Shown in pieces: positions 19,675-28,897 of a stretch of 57,370 nucleotides of DNA. The stretch is from positions 1 to 57,370 of the forward strand of contig CAUQVP010000001.1 in assembly GCA_963521545.1 (NCBI GenBank), written 5' to 3'. The notes beneath the pieces were generated by a model, which saw nothing but the letters and a program-made list of their open reading frames with translations, did not search any database and was not told where the DNA came from. Within the stretch, counting starts at the first letter, position 1, and each line of letters starts with the position of its first letter. Source of the DNA: an uncultured Flavobacteriaceae bacterium. Its GTDB lineage: Bacteria; Bacteroidota; Bacteroidia; Flavobacteriales; Weeksellaceae. The position numbers and the translations under genes were made by a program.

Positions 19675-20025
19675 ATGTTAATAGAAGTTTTTAAATCAAA
19701 AATTCATAGAGTAAGCGTTACAGAAGCGAATTTGAACTACATAGGAAGCATTACCATAGACGAAGACCTGATGGATGCCTCTGGAATTATCCATGGCGAG
19801 AGGGTTTATGTGGTGAATGTAAATAATGGGGAACGCTTTGACACCTATGCGATAAGAGGCGAGAGAAAATCAGGAGTAATCTGTCTGAATGGCGCAGCGG
19901 CGAGAAAAGCCCACAAAGGCGATATTGTCATCATCATAGCCTACGCACAGATAACACCAGAGGAGGCCAAAACCTTTGAGCCCAAAGTGGTTTTCCCAAA
20001 TGAAAAAACTAATTTATTAGAATAA
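19675..20025 (+). CDS. panD: aspartate 1-decarboxylase
   Basis: 116 aa. [19 protein letters not shown] contains the Gly-Ser self-processing site. Confidence 0.95.
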   Translation: MLIEVFKSKIHRVSVTEANLNYIGSITIDEDLMDASGIIHGERVYVVNVNNGERFDTYAIRGERKSGVICLNGAAARKAHKGDIVIIIAYAQITPEEAKTFEPKVVFPNEKTNLLE

Positions 20026-20027
20026 TA

Positions 20028-21080
20028 ATGAGCCTCAAAAGAAAGCAGATAAAGAATATTTTTACGATTTTAATTTCAGCTGGATTGGCTGCATTTTTTA
20101 TGTGGCTGGCTTTGGGAGATTTGGATTTCAATAAAGTGAAAGCGTCTTTTGCTGAGATTAACTATTTCTGGGCGTTTATGTCTGCTTTCTTTGCTATTTT
20201 GGCGTATTGGTTTCGGGCGGTGCGCTGGAATCTCCTTTTAGAACCGATGGGCTACCAAATCCGTAATTCTAATGCCTTTTGGACGATAGCTTTCGGGTAT
20301 ATGATGAATCTTACCATTCCAAGAAGCGGTGAAATAGCAAGGGCGACCACGCTTTTCAGAATCGAAAAAGTTCCAGTGGAAAAATCCATCGCTACCATAG
20401 TCATAGAACGATTGGTGGATTTGGTTTTTATGCTTTTGTTTTTGCTGCTGACATTTATTTTTAATGGAAAGGTTTTAGCGTCGTTCTACAACCTGCTTAC
20501 CACACTAAAAGTCTCTGAAAAAAAGGAACTGACATCTACAGATAGTTTCTTGCTAAACCTTGGAATAAATGATTTAGATGCGTTTTATTTTAATCTAAAA
20601 ATAGCCATTTTAGTTCTTGTTTTGCTGGGAGTGGTTGTTTTTATGGTTAAATTTAAAGAGAAAATAATTTCTTTCATTAAAGGCTTGATAGAAGGATTTT
20701 TAGCTGTCCAAAAAATCAAAAATAAACTTGCTTTTGTGCTTCATTCGGCAGGAATATGGATTTGCTATTTTCTTGCAGCGTATTTGGTTTGTTTAGCCTT
20801 GAAAGAAACTTCTGATTTTACCATTGGTGATGGTTTTCTGCTCGTTACGGCAGGAACTCTTGGGATGATGGTGCCTACTTCTGGCGGTGCAGGTTCTTAC
20901 CATATTGTGGTTAAAATCGCTATTGTAGGGATTTTCATCTCTCTTGGTAAAAGTCATTCTCATGGTGAGGAAGTTGGGATTTCCTATGCGCTGATTTCCC
21001 ACTTGATACAGACTATTGCTACGCTTGTCTTTGGGCTGATTTCTATTTTTGCGTTATTTGGAAAGAAGAACGATAAATAG
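20028..21080 (+). CDS. flippase-like (lysylphosphatidylglycerol synthase TM region / UPF0104) membrane protein
   Basis: 350 aa polytopic membrane protein. RAVRWNLLL and PRSGEIARA motifs are typical of the family. Confidence 0.75.
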   Translation: MSLKRKQIKNIFTILISAGLAAFFMWLALGDLDFNKVKASFAEINYFWAFMSAFFAILAYWFRAVRWNLLLEPMGYQIRNSNAFWTIAFGYMMNLTIPRSGEIARATTLFRIEKVPVEKSIATIVIERLVDLVFMLLFLLLTFIFNGKVLASFYNLLTTLKVSEKKELTSTDSFLLNLGINDLDAFYFNLKIAILVLVLLGVVVFMVKFKEKIISFIKGLIEGFLAVQKIKNKLAFVLHSAGIWICYFLAAYLVCLALKETSDFTIGDGFLLVTAGTLGMMVPTSGGAGSYHIVVKIAIVGIFISLGKSHSHGEEVGISYALISHLIQTIATLVFGLISIFALFGKKNDK

Positions 21081-21081
21081 T

Positions 21082-21870
21082 TTATGCTTCCTCAGGAGTG
21101 TCAAAACTATTTATCCATTGATTTATAAAGTCTTTAAATTGCTTGTTATCAAAGACTTTGTTTCTGATTTTGCTAACGGAAAAAATTCCTTTTCTGTCAG
21201 AAATCATCAGGATTTCATCGGCTTTTTGACTTTCAAAAGGGCTGATTTCTGCTTGTTCTATTTCGGCTAATCTATTTTTGTGAACGAAAGTGACGAAATT
21301 CTCCATCAGTGGCGAGATGTAGGCGCCTTCGGTCTGCTTTGGGATACGGATGGTATTTCCTTCTAAAAACAAGAAGTTTCCCCAAATTCCCCTTGCAATT
21401 CTTTTGTTAGGGTTTAGAATAAGCAGGTCGTCCAGTTCGTTTTCTCCAGCGTATATTTCGGCATAAATATTCTCTGGGCAATGAGTTAAGATATTGCTTA
21501 GAATATTCGTGTTTACGGTGATTTCTCTAATCAAATCTACCTCTAATGTTTTGCTAATCTGTAAAATATCTTGTGTTGGTTTTGCTTCGATGAAAAACTG
21601 AACGGGAGATTTGGCTAAATTTAAATCATCAGTATTTCTATAAACTAAAAAATGAATAAATGCGTTTTCAAGGGCGTCGGCAGTTATTTTTTGCTCAAGA
21701 ATATCGATGAAATATTCCAAATTGAAAGAAAGCGGAATGTTCATTCTCATCTTTCGCATAGAGGCCATTAGGAAAAAGTAGCATTCTTCGGTAAAGATGA
21801 GTTTCCCGTTTCTTACAAAAAAATACACGCTCACGGCATCGCCATAGAGAAAAGCACGATTGTCATTCAT
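21082..21870 (-). CDS. aminotransferase class IV-like protein
   Basis: 262 aa. The N-terminal pattern (FLYGDAV...NGKLIFTEECYFFLMASMRKMRMNIP) resembles Flavobacteriia class-IV aminotransferase / PabC-like proteins. Confidence 0.55.
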   Translation of the reverse strand: MNDNRAFLYGDAVSVYFFVRNGKLIFTEECYFFLMASMRKMRMNIPLSFNLEYFIDILEQKITADALENAFIHFLVYRNTDDLNLAKSPVQFFIEAKPTQDILQISKTLEVDLIREITVNTNILSNILTHCPENIYAEIYAGENELDDLLILNPNKRIARGIWGNFLFLEGNTIRIPKQTEGAYISPLMENFVTFVHKNRLAEIEQAEISPFESQKADEILMISDRKGIFSVSKIRNKVFDNKQFKDFINQWINSFDTPEEA

Positions 21871-22256
21871 TAGGCAGCTCCTAATTTTATTTTTAGATTT
21901 TCAATAAGATTTTCCCAGTATTGCTGAGTTTCTTCTTCGTCGCCAGCTTCACAGAAGTCGGTAACATTGAGCGAAAGGTCGTTTGTAATTTCATCAATTA
22001 CGATATTCAGCTCGAAGAAATATTTAGTCCCTTCATCTTCCTCCCATCGGAATCTCACAGACTGCTCTACTTTGTATCTGGTAAGAGTCGCTTTTTCTTT
22101 TGGGCCGCCATTCCAGCTGAAGTAGAAATCATCTCCTTTTTCTGTCACTTCATCAGCGAACCACTCCGCCAGCCCTTCTGCAGTGGCAATGTATTCAAAC
22201 AGAATTTCTGGAAGGCAGTGAAGTGGAAATTCAAATTGTATTTTAGTTTTAGCCAT
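21870..22256 (-). CDS. START/SRPBCC (AHSA1-like) domain protein
   Basis: 128 aa. LAEWFADEV...FSWNG...RFRWEED pattern. 1-nt overlap with the downstream gene. Confidence 0.55.
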   Translation of the reverse strand: MAKTKIQFEFPLHCLPEILFEYIATAEGLAEWFADEVTEKGDDFYFSWNGGPKEKATLTRYKVEQSVRFRWEEDEGTKYFFELNIVIDEITNDLSLNVTDFCEAGDEEETQQYWENLIENLKIKLGAA

Positions 22257-22340
22257 ACATATACATTTTCGGGTCGCAATATATCATTATTTTTTTAGCT
22301 TTAAAATATTGTCCAAGTGATTTTTGTCACTATAAATGAA

Positions 22341-22373
22341 AAAAGGCAAAAAATTATAAATTTTCGCCTTTTT
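22341..22373 (-). terminator. rho-independent terminator downstream of the class-III aminotransferase
   Basis: Minus-strand stem aaggcgaaaa / ttttttgcctt followed by a T-run. Confidence 0.5.
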
Positions 22374-22401
22374 ATTTGTCTTTTGTGTCCGCTTTTTTTT
22401 G

Positions 22402-23580
22402 TTATGATACCTTGTCAAGGGCATTTAGAATAATGGCACAGCCTTTTTCTATTTCTTCCTTGCTGAGGATAAGCGCAGGAGAAATTCTCAGATAATCATT
22501 TCGATAGAGTTGGCAGGATACGATAAGTCCGTCTTTCATGCACTGTTCTACCACGCGGATGCAGTAGTCAGGGCTTCCTAGATTAACCGCCAGCATGATT
22601 CCTTTTCCGTTGATGTATTTTATTTTAGGGTGAATCAAAAGTTTTCGGAATAGCTTTTCTTTTTCTTCTATTTCATCTAGTAGTCCGCTTTCTAAAATTT
22701 CCTCCAAAGTAGCCAAACAAGAAGCCGCGATAAGTGGGTTTCCTCCGAAAGTGGTGATGTGGCCTAATTTAGGGCTGTGGGAAAGACAGCTCATGATTTC
22801 TCTGCTGCTCATGAAAGCACCCACGGGAAGGCCGCCGCCCATTCCTTTGCCCATCGCGAGAATATCTGGAACGATGCCATAATGCTCAAATCCAAAAAGT
22901 TTTCCTGTTCTCCCAAAGCCTGGTTGTATTTCATCTAAAATAAGCAGGACGCCCACTTCTTCACATCTCTTTTTTAGTTTTTTCAGATAGTCGTTTTCTG
23001 GTGTGATGAATCCTGCTGCACCTTGTATGGTTTCTACAACTACACCTGCTGTTTTTTCGGTGATTTTGGCTAAGTCTTCTTCATTATTAAAATGAATGAA
23101 ATTTACCAGCGGAAGCAGCGGACGGAAGGCTCTCTTGTGGTATTCGTTTCCTGCCACGCTCAGTGCTCCGTGGGTGTTGCCATGGTAAGCGTTATGAAAA
23201 GCTATGATTTCCTCTCTGCCGGTGTATCTTTTGGCAAGTTTTAAGCTGCCATCTATGGCTTCTGCACCACTGTTTACCAGATAGGTGACTTCCAATGGGT
23301 CGGGCGTGACCTTAGCTAAAAGTTTGCACAGTTCTACGGGTTTTTCTAGTGCGTACTCTCCATAGACCATCACATGCAGGTACTTGTCTGCTTGTTCTTT
23401 TATGGCGTTTATGATTCTAGGGTGGGAGTGTCCTAGTACATTGGCAGAAATTCCAGAAACGAAGTCCAGATATGCTCTGCCGTCTTTACCATATATATAG
23501 TTGCCCTCCGCTCTTTCTACCTCAAAACCAGAGGCGAAATGTGAGGTCTGAGCTTGATAGTTGAAAAAATCTTGTTTCAT
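22402..23580 (-). CDS. class-III (acetylornithine/ornithine-type) PLP aminotransferase
   Basis: 392 aa. LILDEIQPGFGRTGKLF and GGNPL motifs. Confidence 0.85.
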   Translation of the reverse strand: MKQDFFNYQAQTSHFASGFEVERAEGNYIYGKDGRAYLDFVSGISANVLGHSHPRIINAIKEQADKYLHVMVYGEYALEKPVELCKLLAKVTPDPLEVTYLVNSGAEAIDGSLKLAKRYTGREEIIAFHNAYHGNTHGALSVAGNEYHKRAFRPLLPLVNFIHFNNEEDLAKITEKTAGVVVETIQGAAGFITPENDYLKKLKKRCEEVGVLLILDEIQPGFGRTGKLFGFEHYGIVPDILAMGKGMGGGLPVGAFMSSREIMSCLSHSPKLGHITTFGGNPLIAASCLATLEEILESGLLDEIEEKEKLFRKLLIHPKIKYINGKGIMLAVNLGSPDYCIRVVEQCMKDGLIVSCQLYRNDYLRISPALILSKEEIEKGCAIILNALDKVS

Positions 23581-23827
23581 TATAGAATAATTTTGAGCAA
23601 ATGTACTGTTTTTGATTAAAATAGGGTGTGAAATATTGTTTGACTTGGAAAGAATTTTTGTTTTTATGCATCAATAATTCTTTTTAAAATTTGATTAAAT
23701 TCATACAGAATAAAAGAAAAATCATAAAAACATAGAGAATGGAAGTTAAAAACTAATGAAAAATTTTAGTATTCATTTAAAAATCTGTATTTTCGCAGAC
23801 TAAATAATTTTTAAAGAGTTAATTACA

Positions 23828-25951
23828 ATGACACTTTTAGGACAGATAAGAAAGAAATCTTGGCTTGTGGTGGTATTCATCGCTGTAGCCCTTGTATCAT
23901 TTTTCATTAATCCTGATACTGTAGAGAAGATGATGGGTAATGACCCGAATGTCTTCGGAGAGGTGAATGGAGAGAAAATAACCAGAGAGGAGTATCTAGA
24001 AACTCTGAATATGATGCAGCAGCAGGCACAGCAGCAAGGGCATTCGCCTAACGGTCTGGAAGAGCAGGCTTGGCAGAGTATAGTACAATCTAAACTTATC
24101 AAACAGGAGTTTGAGAAATTAGGTTTGAAAATGACAGAAGAGTTTTTCTGGAATCAGCTGCCATTTGACCCTATGTTTGCCCAAAATCCTAACTTTAATG
24201 TAAGTGATTTTAAAAAGCGGATAGAACAGCTAAAATCAAGCAATGTGGATGAATATAATTCATGGCTTAGTTTTAGAAAAGGTATAGAGTACAGAATCAT
24301 GGCTCGTCAGGTGTTTACCAACCTTTCTGTGGGACTTACTTCTAATAAGAAAGAAGCTGAGCTGATGCTGAAATACAGAGACGAATTAGCGAATATAGAA
24401 TATGTGAAGATAAGCTATGATGATTTCGCAAATAAAAATCCAGTGAAAGTTAGTTCTCAGGATTTGGTGGAATACATTAAGAAATACCCACATACTTTCA
24501 AGACGCCAGAGAGTAGAAATTTAGGATTGGTTTATTTCAAAGCTGAACCTACACAAGCTGATGAAGCAGCTACTTTGGCGGAAATCAACAAACTTTATAA
24601 CGAGGGAGTAGATGTAGGAAATGGATTGGAAAATTTCAAGACTAACAAGAGCGATAGTTTATTCGTGCTGACGCATTCTCAGGCTGGTTTTGATCCGAAC
24701 TATTATTCTAGAGAACAACTTCCAGAAGGAATCAGAGAGCAGGTGGCAGGAGCGGCGCTAGGACAGACTTTCGGCCCTTATAAAGAAGGGAACTATTATG
24801 TAGTTTCTAAACTTTTGAACAAAAAAGCTACAGACTCTATCCGTTCAAGACATATTTTGATTGCTTATCAAGGTCTTCCAACTGCACAAGGCGAAGCTGA
24901 AAAGAGAACAAAAGAACAAGCTAAGCAATTAGCAGAAAAAATAGCATCAGAATCAAAAGCAAATTCAGCGAAGTTCGAAGAATATTTAAACCTTTCTGCT
25001 GATGGTTCTGCTCAGAATGGTGGAGATTTGGGATGGAGAACTACAGGACAGGCTGGTTTCGTTCCAGAGTTCCAAAATTATCTTGATAAAAGCCCTAAAG
25101 GCGCTGTAGATGTGGTAGAATCTCAGTATGGATACCATATCATCAACATCACAGACAGAAAACCTGGTGCGATGTCTTATAAAGTAGCAAATTTGGTGAA
25201 AGAAATCAAAGCATCAAATGCTACAACGGACAAACTTCATGCTCAGTCTACAAGTTTTGCTCAGCAGATACAAGGAAAAGGATTTAATGAGTTTGTAAAT
25301 GTTGCAAAGAAAAACAATTATAACTTCCAAAATCCTAAACTAGTTCAAAGATTCCAAGGGCAGCTTTTAGGAACAGATAAAGATGCTGAAATCCTAAAAT
25401 GGGCTTTTGACAAAAAGAGAGAAAAAGGACAGAGCGAAATGTTTACAACTGCCAATGGAGATAGAATCGTGGTTTATCTGAATGGTAAGCAGTCTGAAGG
25501 TCTTGTAGATCCAGAAGCTGTAAGAGAGCAGATAGAACCGATTGTGAAAAATCAACTTTTGGCTAAAGAAATCGGTAAAAAAATATCCACAGCAAAAGCT
25601 CAGGATTTGGCTACGATTGCTAATTTGTTTGGTGTGAGCAAAGAGTCAGGACAAATCAATCTGCTTAGCCCTGTTTTAGGAGGAGCAGTAGAACCTAAGG
25701 TAGCAGGAGCGGCCTTTGCGATTGGTAAGGATAAAACATCTAAACCGATAGATGGTAATGCGGGAGTGTATGTAGTAGTAAACAAGGGTGTGACTGTGAA
25801 CAAGCAAGATGCAGGAGACACCAAACAACTTCAGCAGCAGCTTATGCAGCAAAACTCAAATGTTTTCCCACAAGCATTCATGAGAAGTCTGCAAAATAAT
25901 GCTGATATCAAAGATTATAGAATACAAGTTTATGATTTAGCGGGTCACTAA
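23828..25951 (+). CDS. PpiD/SurA-like periplasmic chaperone with parvulin PPIase domain
   Basis: 707 aa with an N-terminal membrane anchor. Parvulin core: RSRHILIAY...GGDLGW...FVPEF...SQYGYHIINI. Confidence 0.85.
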   Translation: MTLLGQIRKKSWLVVVFIAVALVSFFINPDTVEKMMGNDPNVFGEVNGEKITREEYLETLNMMQQQAQQQGHSPNGLEEQAWQSIVQSKLIKQEFEKLGLKMTEEFFWNQLPFDPMFAQNPNFNVSDFKKRIEQLKSSNVDEYNSWLSFRKGIEYRIMARQVFTNLSVGLTSNKKEAELMLKYRDELANIEYVKISYDDFANKNPVKVSSQDLVEYIKKYPHTFKTPESRNLGLVYFKAEPTQADEAATLAEINKLYNEGVDVGNGLENFKTNKSDSLFVLTHSQAGFDPNYYSREQLPEGIREQVAGAALGQTFGPYKEGNYYVVSKLLNKKATDSIRSRHILIAYQGLPTAQGEAEKRTKEQAKQLAEKIASESKANSAKFEEYLNLSADGSAQNGGDLGWRTTGQAGFVPEFQNYLDKSPKGAVDVVESQYGYHIINITDRKPGAMSYKVANLVKEIKASNATTDKLHAQSTSFAQQIQGKGFNEFVNVAKKNNYNFQNPKLVQRFQGQLLGTDKDAEILKWAFDKKREKGQSEMFTTANGDRIVVYLNGKQSEGLVDPEAVREQIEPIVKNQLLAKEIGKKISTAKAQDLATIANLFGVSKESGQINLLSPVLGGAVEPKVAGAAFAIGKDKTSKPIDGNAGVYVVVNKGVTVNKQDAGDTKQLQQQLMQQNSNVFPQAFMRSLQNNADIKDYRIQVYDLAGH

Positions 25952-25965
25952 TTCAAAAAATAACG

Positions 25966-25997
25966 AAAAAGAGGTTTTTTCTAAAAGCCTCTTTTTT
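25966..25997 (+). terminator. rho-independent terminator
   Basis: Stem aaaaagaggttt / aagcctcttttt plus a T-run, after the 25951 stop. Confidence 0.6.
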
Positions 25998-26032
25998 GCC
26001 CTTATATCAACAAATTTTTAACTACTGGTCTT

Positions 26033-26515
26033 ATGAAAAGTAAATTAGAAATAGAATACGAAATTCTAAACATAGATACCCTTTCGGAAACAGAAAAAAA
26101 ACTTTTTGAAGAAGCAAAAAACTCCCGATTAAAGGCATATGCGCCTTATTCTAAATTTTTGGTAGGTTGTTCTATTTTATTAGAAAATGGTAAAATCTAC
26201 ACAGGAAGCAATCAGGAGAATGCTGCCTATCCATCTGGGCTGTGTGCAGAGAGAAGCGTGATTTTTTGGCTGGGTGCCAATTTCCCTAACCAAAAAATAG
26301 AAAAACTTTTCGTTATCGGTGGTTTGGAGGAGAATCCAGACTTAGATAGGATAGTTCCTCCGTGTGGTTCATGCAGACAGAGCATCGTAGAATATGAAGT
26401 GAAACAGGCACAAAATATAGAAATCTACATCGCGAGCATCAGTGGAGAGAAGATTATAAAAATAAATTCCATAAAGGATTTATTGCCTTTCTCTTTTGAT
26501 ACTACTTTTTTATAG
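26033..26515 (+). CDS. cdd: cytidine deaminase
   Basis: 160 aa. Zinc motifs CAERSVI and PCGSCRQ. Confidence 0.9.
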   Translation: MKSKLEIEYEILNIDTLSETEKKLFEEAKNSRLKAYAPYSKFLVGCSILLENGKIYTGSNQENAAYPSGLCAERSVIFWLGANFPNQKIEKLFVIGGLEENPDLDRIVPPCGSCRQSIVEYEVKQAQNIEIYIASISGEKIIKINSIKDLLPFSFDTTFL

Positions 26516-26533
26516 TAAGATATAAAGCAAAAT

Positions 26534-26566
26534 AAAACCTTCCAAGATTTTCTCGGAAGGTTTTTT
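26534..26566. terminator. bidirectional rho-independent terminator
   Basis: Stem aaaaccttcc..g / c..ggaaggtttt with A and T runs, between cdd (+) and a small minus-strand ORF. Confidence 0.6.
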
Positions 26567-26568
26567 AG

Positions 26569-26739
26569 TTAATGTTTTCTTATTGTTCTATTGGTTTTTA
26601 GAATGAGATATGCAGTATAAATTTCAATCGCAACTCCTAATATAAAAAACACTTCATATAGGTTTTTACCTGTGATTTTGAGAATTACTCCTCCTATTAC
26701 TAATGATATACCAAGGAGTAGGAATAATAAATGTTTCAT
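26569..26739 (-). CDS. possible small two-helix membrane protein (56 aa, below the ORF-track cutoff)
   Basis: My own reading: ATG at 26737-26739 gives MKHLLFLLLGISLVIGGVILKITGKNLYEVFFILGVAIEIYTAYLILKTNRTIRKH*. The stop abuts the 26534-26566 terminator. Confidence 0.35.
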   Translation of the reverse strand: MKHLLFLLLGISLVIGGVILKITGKNLYEVFFILGVAIEIYTAYLILKTNRTIRKH

Positions 26740-26952
26740 GATAATATAATTTTTAATTGTTTAAAATCACCACTACTGCATTTTCTAATATAAGCTATAC
26801 CACGAGGATTAAAACTTTATCTTATATATAAATTTTCACACCGAGAGACCGAAAATATTAGAGTGCAATATATGTTCCGAAATTACAAAATAATTAATTA
26901 AAAACAAAAAATAAAACTTGTAAATAGAGATTTTTATAAAAGTTAGATATTG

Positions 26953-27549
26953 TTAAAATTCTTCTCCAGAAATGAAATGCCCGAAAAAATCTTTTTTGGT
27001 TTTTAGATAATCTCGGTTTTCTTCGTTGGGTTTTATCTCCAGCGGAATGCGGGAGTGTAGTTTTATTTTGCTGTTTTCTACGAAGCTGATTTTATCAGGG
27101 TTGTTGGTGATGAGGTTGATTTCCTTTATCCCAAGTATTTCTAAAATATCAACTGCCACACTGAAATTCCTATCATCAGCAGGAAGTCCCAGTTTTAGAT
27201 TTGCCTCCACTGTGTCCAACCCTTTTTCTTGTAGAGCATAGGCTTTCAGTTTATTGATAATGCCAATATTTCTGCCCTCTTGCCGTAGATAGACAATCAC
27301 GCCACCGTATTTTTGGGTATACTGCATCGCGGAGGAAAGCTGCTGTCCGCATTCACATTTTTTAGAATGGAAAACCTCTCCTGTGATGCATTCAGAATGA
27401 AAACGGACATTCACCACGCTGGATAAGTCCGTATTTTCAGCTATCAGAGCAAGGTGCGGCATCCAGTCTTGTTCCTTTTCAGAGAAAGCGATGATTTTGA
27501 ACTTTCCGTATTCTGTAGGGACATTAGCCTCAGCCTGAATTTTTACCAT
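26953..27549 (-). CDS. ribA: GTP cyclohydrolase II
   Basis: 198 aa. VRFHSECITGEVF.S.KCECG and YLRQEGRNIG motifs. Confidence 0.9.
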   Translation of the reverse strand: MVKIQAEANVPTEYGKFKIIAFSEKEQDWMPHLALIAENTDLSSVVNVRFHSECITGEVFHSKKCECGQQLSSAMQYTQKYGGVIVYLRQEGRNIGIINKLKAYALQEKGLDTVEANLKLGLPADDRNFSVAVDILEILGIKEINLITNNPDKISFVENSKIKLHSRIPLEIKPNEENRDYLKTKKDFFGHFISGEEF

Positions 27550-27550
27550 T

Positions 27551-28012
27551 CTATAAAGTGTCTTTTAGGGATTCTATCAGAGTGATATTGGTTTTGATAT
27601 TTACTAAAAACCTATTGAGAACCTCTTGTTCATCTTCATTGAGACTATTCTTTAGCTTTTGTATTTTTTTATAAGATTTTTCATAATTATACAAAGCCTT
27701 TTCTTTTCCCACAGTGTTGTGCTCTTTCACAGCGTATAGGTATTCTGTGATGTAGAATTTTAGGTTAGAAAACTCCTCATTTACAGGTTTTTGCGAGAAA
27801 GAAGAGCACGAACTAAAAGCATTGGTAATGTCCGAAGAGTATTTTATCAGGTCTAAATTATCGCTGATATTTTTGACTACATCTTCAGGTGATTTTTCAG
27901 AGATGTTGGCAATCAAGGCGGTAGTAGGAGACAGATTATTTTTCTCTGTTGCACACGCAGATACTACAAAACCACATATTCCGACAATTCCCAATGCTTT
28001 TAGTACATTCAT
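27551..28012 (-). CDS. hypothetical lipoprotein
   Basis: 153 aa with lipobox VSAC. It is sandwiched with 1-nt spacing or overlap between the DUF4254-like gene and ribA. Confidence 0.5.
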   Translation of the reverse strand: MNVLKALGIVGICGFVVSACATEKNNLSPTTALIANISEKSPEDVVKNISDNLDLIKYSSDITNAFSSCSSFSQKPVNEEFSNLKFYITEYLYAVKEHNTVGKEKALYNYEKSYKKIQKLKNSLNEDEQEVLNRFLVNIKTNITLIESLKDTL

Positions 28013-28629
28013 TATTCTTTCTTTTTGTATAATACAGGGTTTAGAGTCTCATCATTATACATTTTCATTTGTTTATAAGTTTTAATTTTTACGAGCCCGT
28101 TTTCTATGTCATTCAGCAGCTGGTCAATAGCAGAACTAAGGTCTTTCTTTTGCTCCAAAAGTGTATTCAGCTTCGTTTGACATTTATTTCTATGCTCATC
28201 ACTTGCAGATGCTCTGTTAGCCTCTAAATCCATATGATAGACTTTTAGAGCCAAAATGGACAATCTGTCTACAGCCCATGCAGGTGTTTCTGTGTTTATT
28301 TTGGCATCGGCATTTGGTGTGGTATTTTTGTATTTATTTAAAAACCAACTGTCTATAAATTCCACTAAATCAGTTCTTTTCTGATTAGAAGCATCTATTC
28401 TTCGTTTGATTTCTAAAGCTTTTACAGGATCTATATTTTCATCACGGATGATATCCTCCAAATGCCACTGAACTGTGTCAATCCAGTTTTTGTCATACAA
28501 AATCTGTTCCAAACTGTTATTTTCATAGTGATTTGGTTTCACTGCATCTACATCATCAGTGATGTGATAGTCCTCAATAGACCTATTGAAAATGCTCCAA
28601 GCGTATTCAGAGAAAGAATTATTATTCAT
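28012..28629 (-). CDS. DUF4254-like hypothetical protein
   Basis: 205 aa. The WHLEDIIRD and DRLSILALKVYHM patterns, as I recall them, belong to DUF4254. TAATG overlap with the next gene. Confidence 0.55.
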   Translation of the reverse strand: MNNNSFSEYAWSIFNRSIEDYHITDDVDAVKPNHYENNSLEQILYDKNWIDTVQWHLEDIIRDENIDPVKALEIKRRIDASNQKRTDLVEFIDSWFLNKYKNTTPNADAKINTETPAWAVDRLSILALKVYHMDLEANRASASDEHRNKCQTKLNTLLEQKKDLSSAIDQLLNDIENGLVKIKTYKQMKMYNDETLNPVLYKKKE

Positions 28630-28634
28630 AAAAT

Positions 28635-28838
28635 TTATTTAGTTGTTTTGTCTTCAGTATTATCGTTTTCTTTGTCATCCTCTTTCATGGATTTTTTAAA
28701 CTCTTTGATTCCAGAGCCTAATCCTTTCATAAATTCAGGAATTCTTTTTGCTCCGAAAAGCAATAAGATAAGGATAGCAATGACTAAGATTTCTCTCATT
28801 CCTAGTCCCATAAATAGTGGTATTAGAATACTGTTCAT
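28635..28838 (-). CDS. tatA: twin-arginine translocase TatA/TatE family subunit
   Basis: 67 aa. [34 protein letters not shown] is the TatA TM plus amphipathic helix signature. Confidence 0.85.
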   Translation of the reverse strand: MNSILIPLFMGLGMREILVIAILILLLFGAKRIPEFMKGLGSGIKEFKKSMKEDDKENDNTEDKTTK

Positions 28839-28897
28839 GATTTTTTATTTTGATAGAACAAAATTAAACAATTTTTAGGATAAAGCTAATGATAAAA

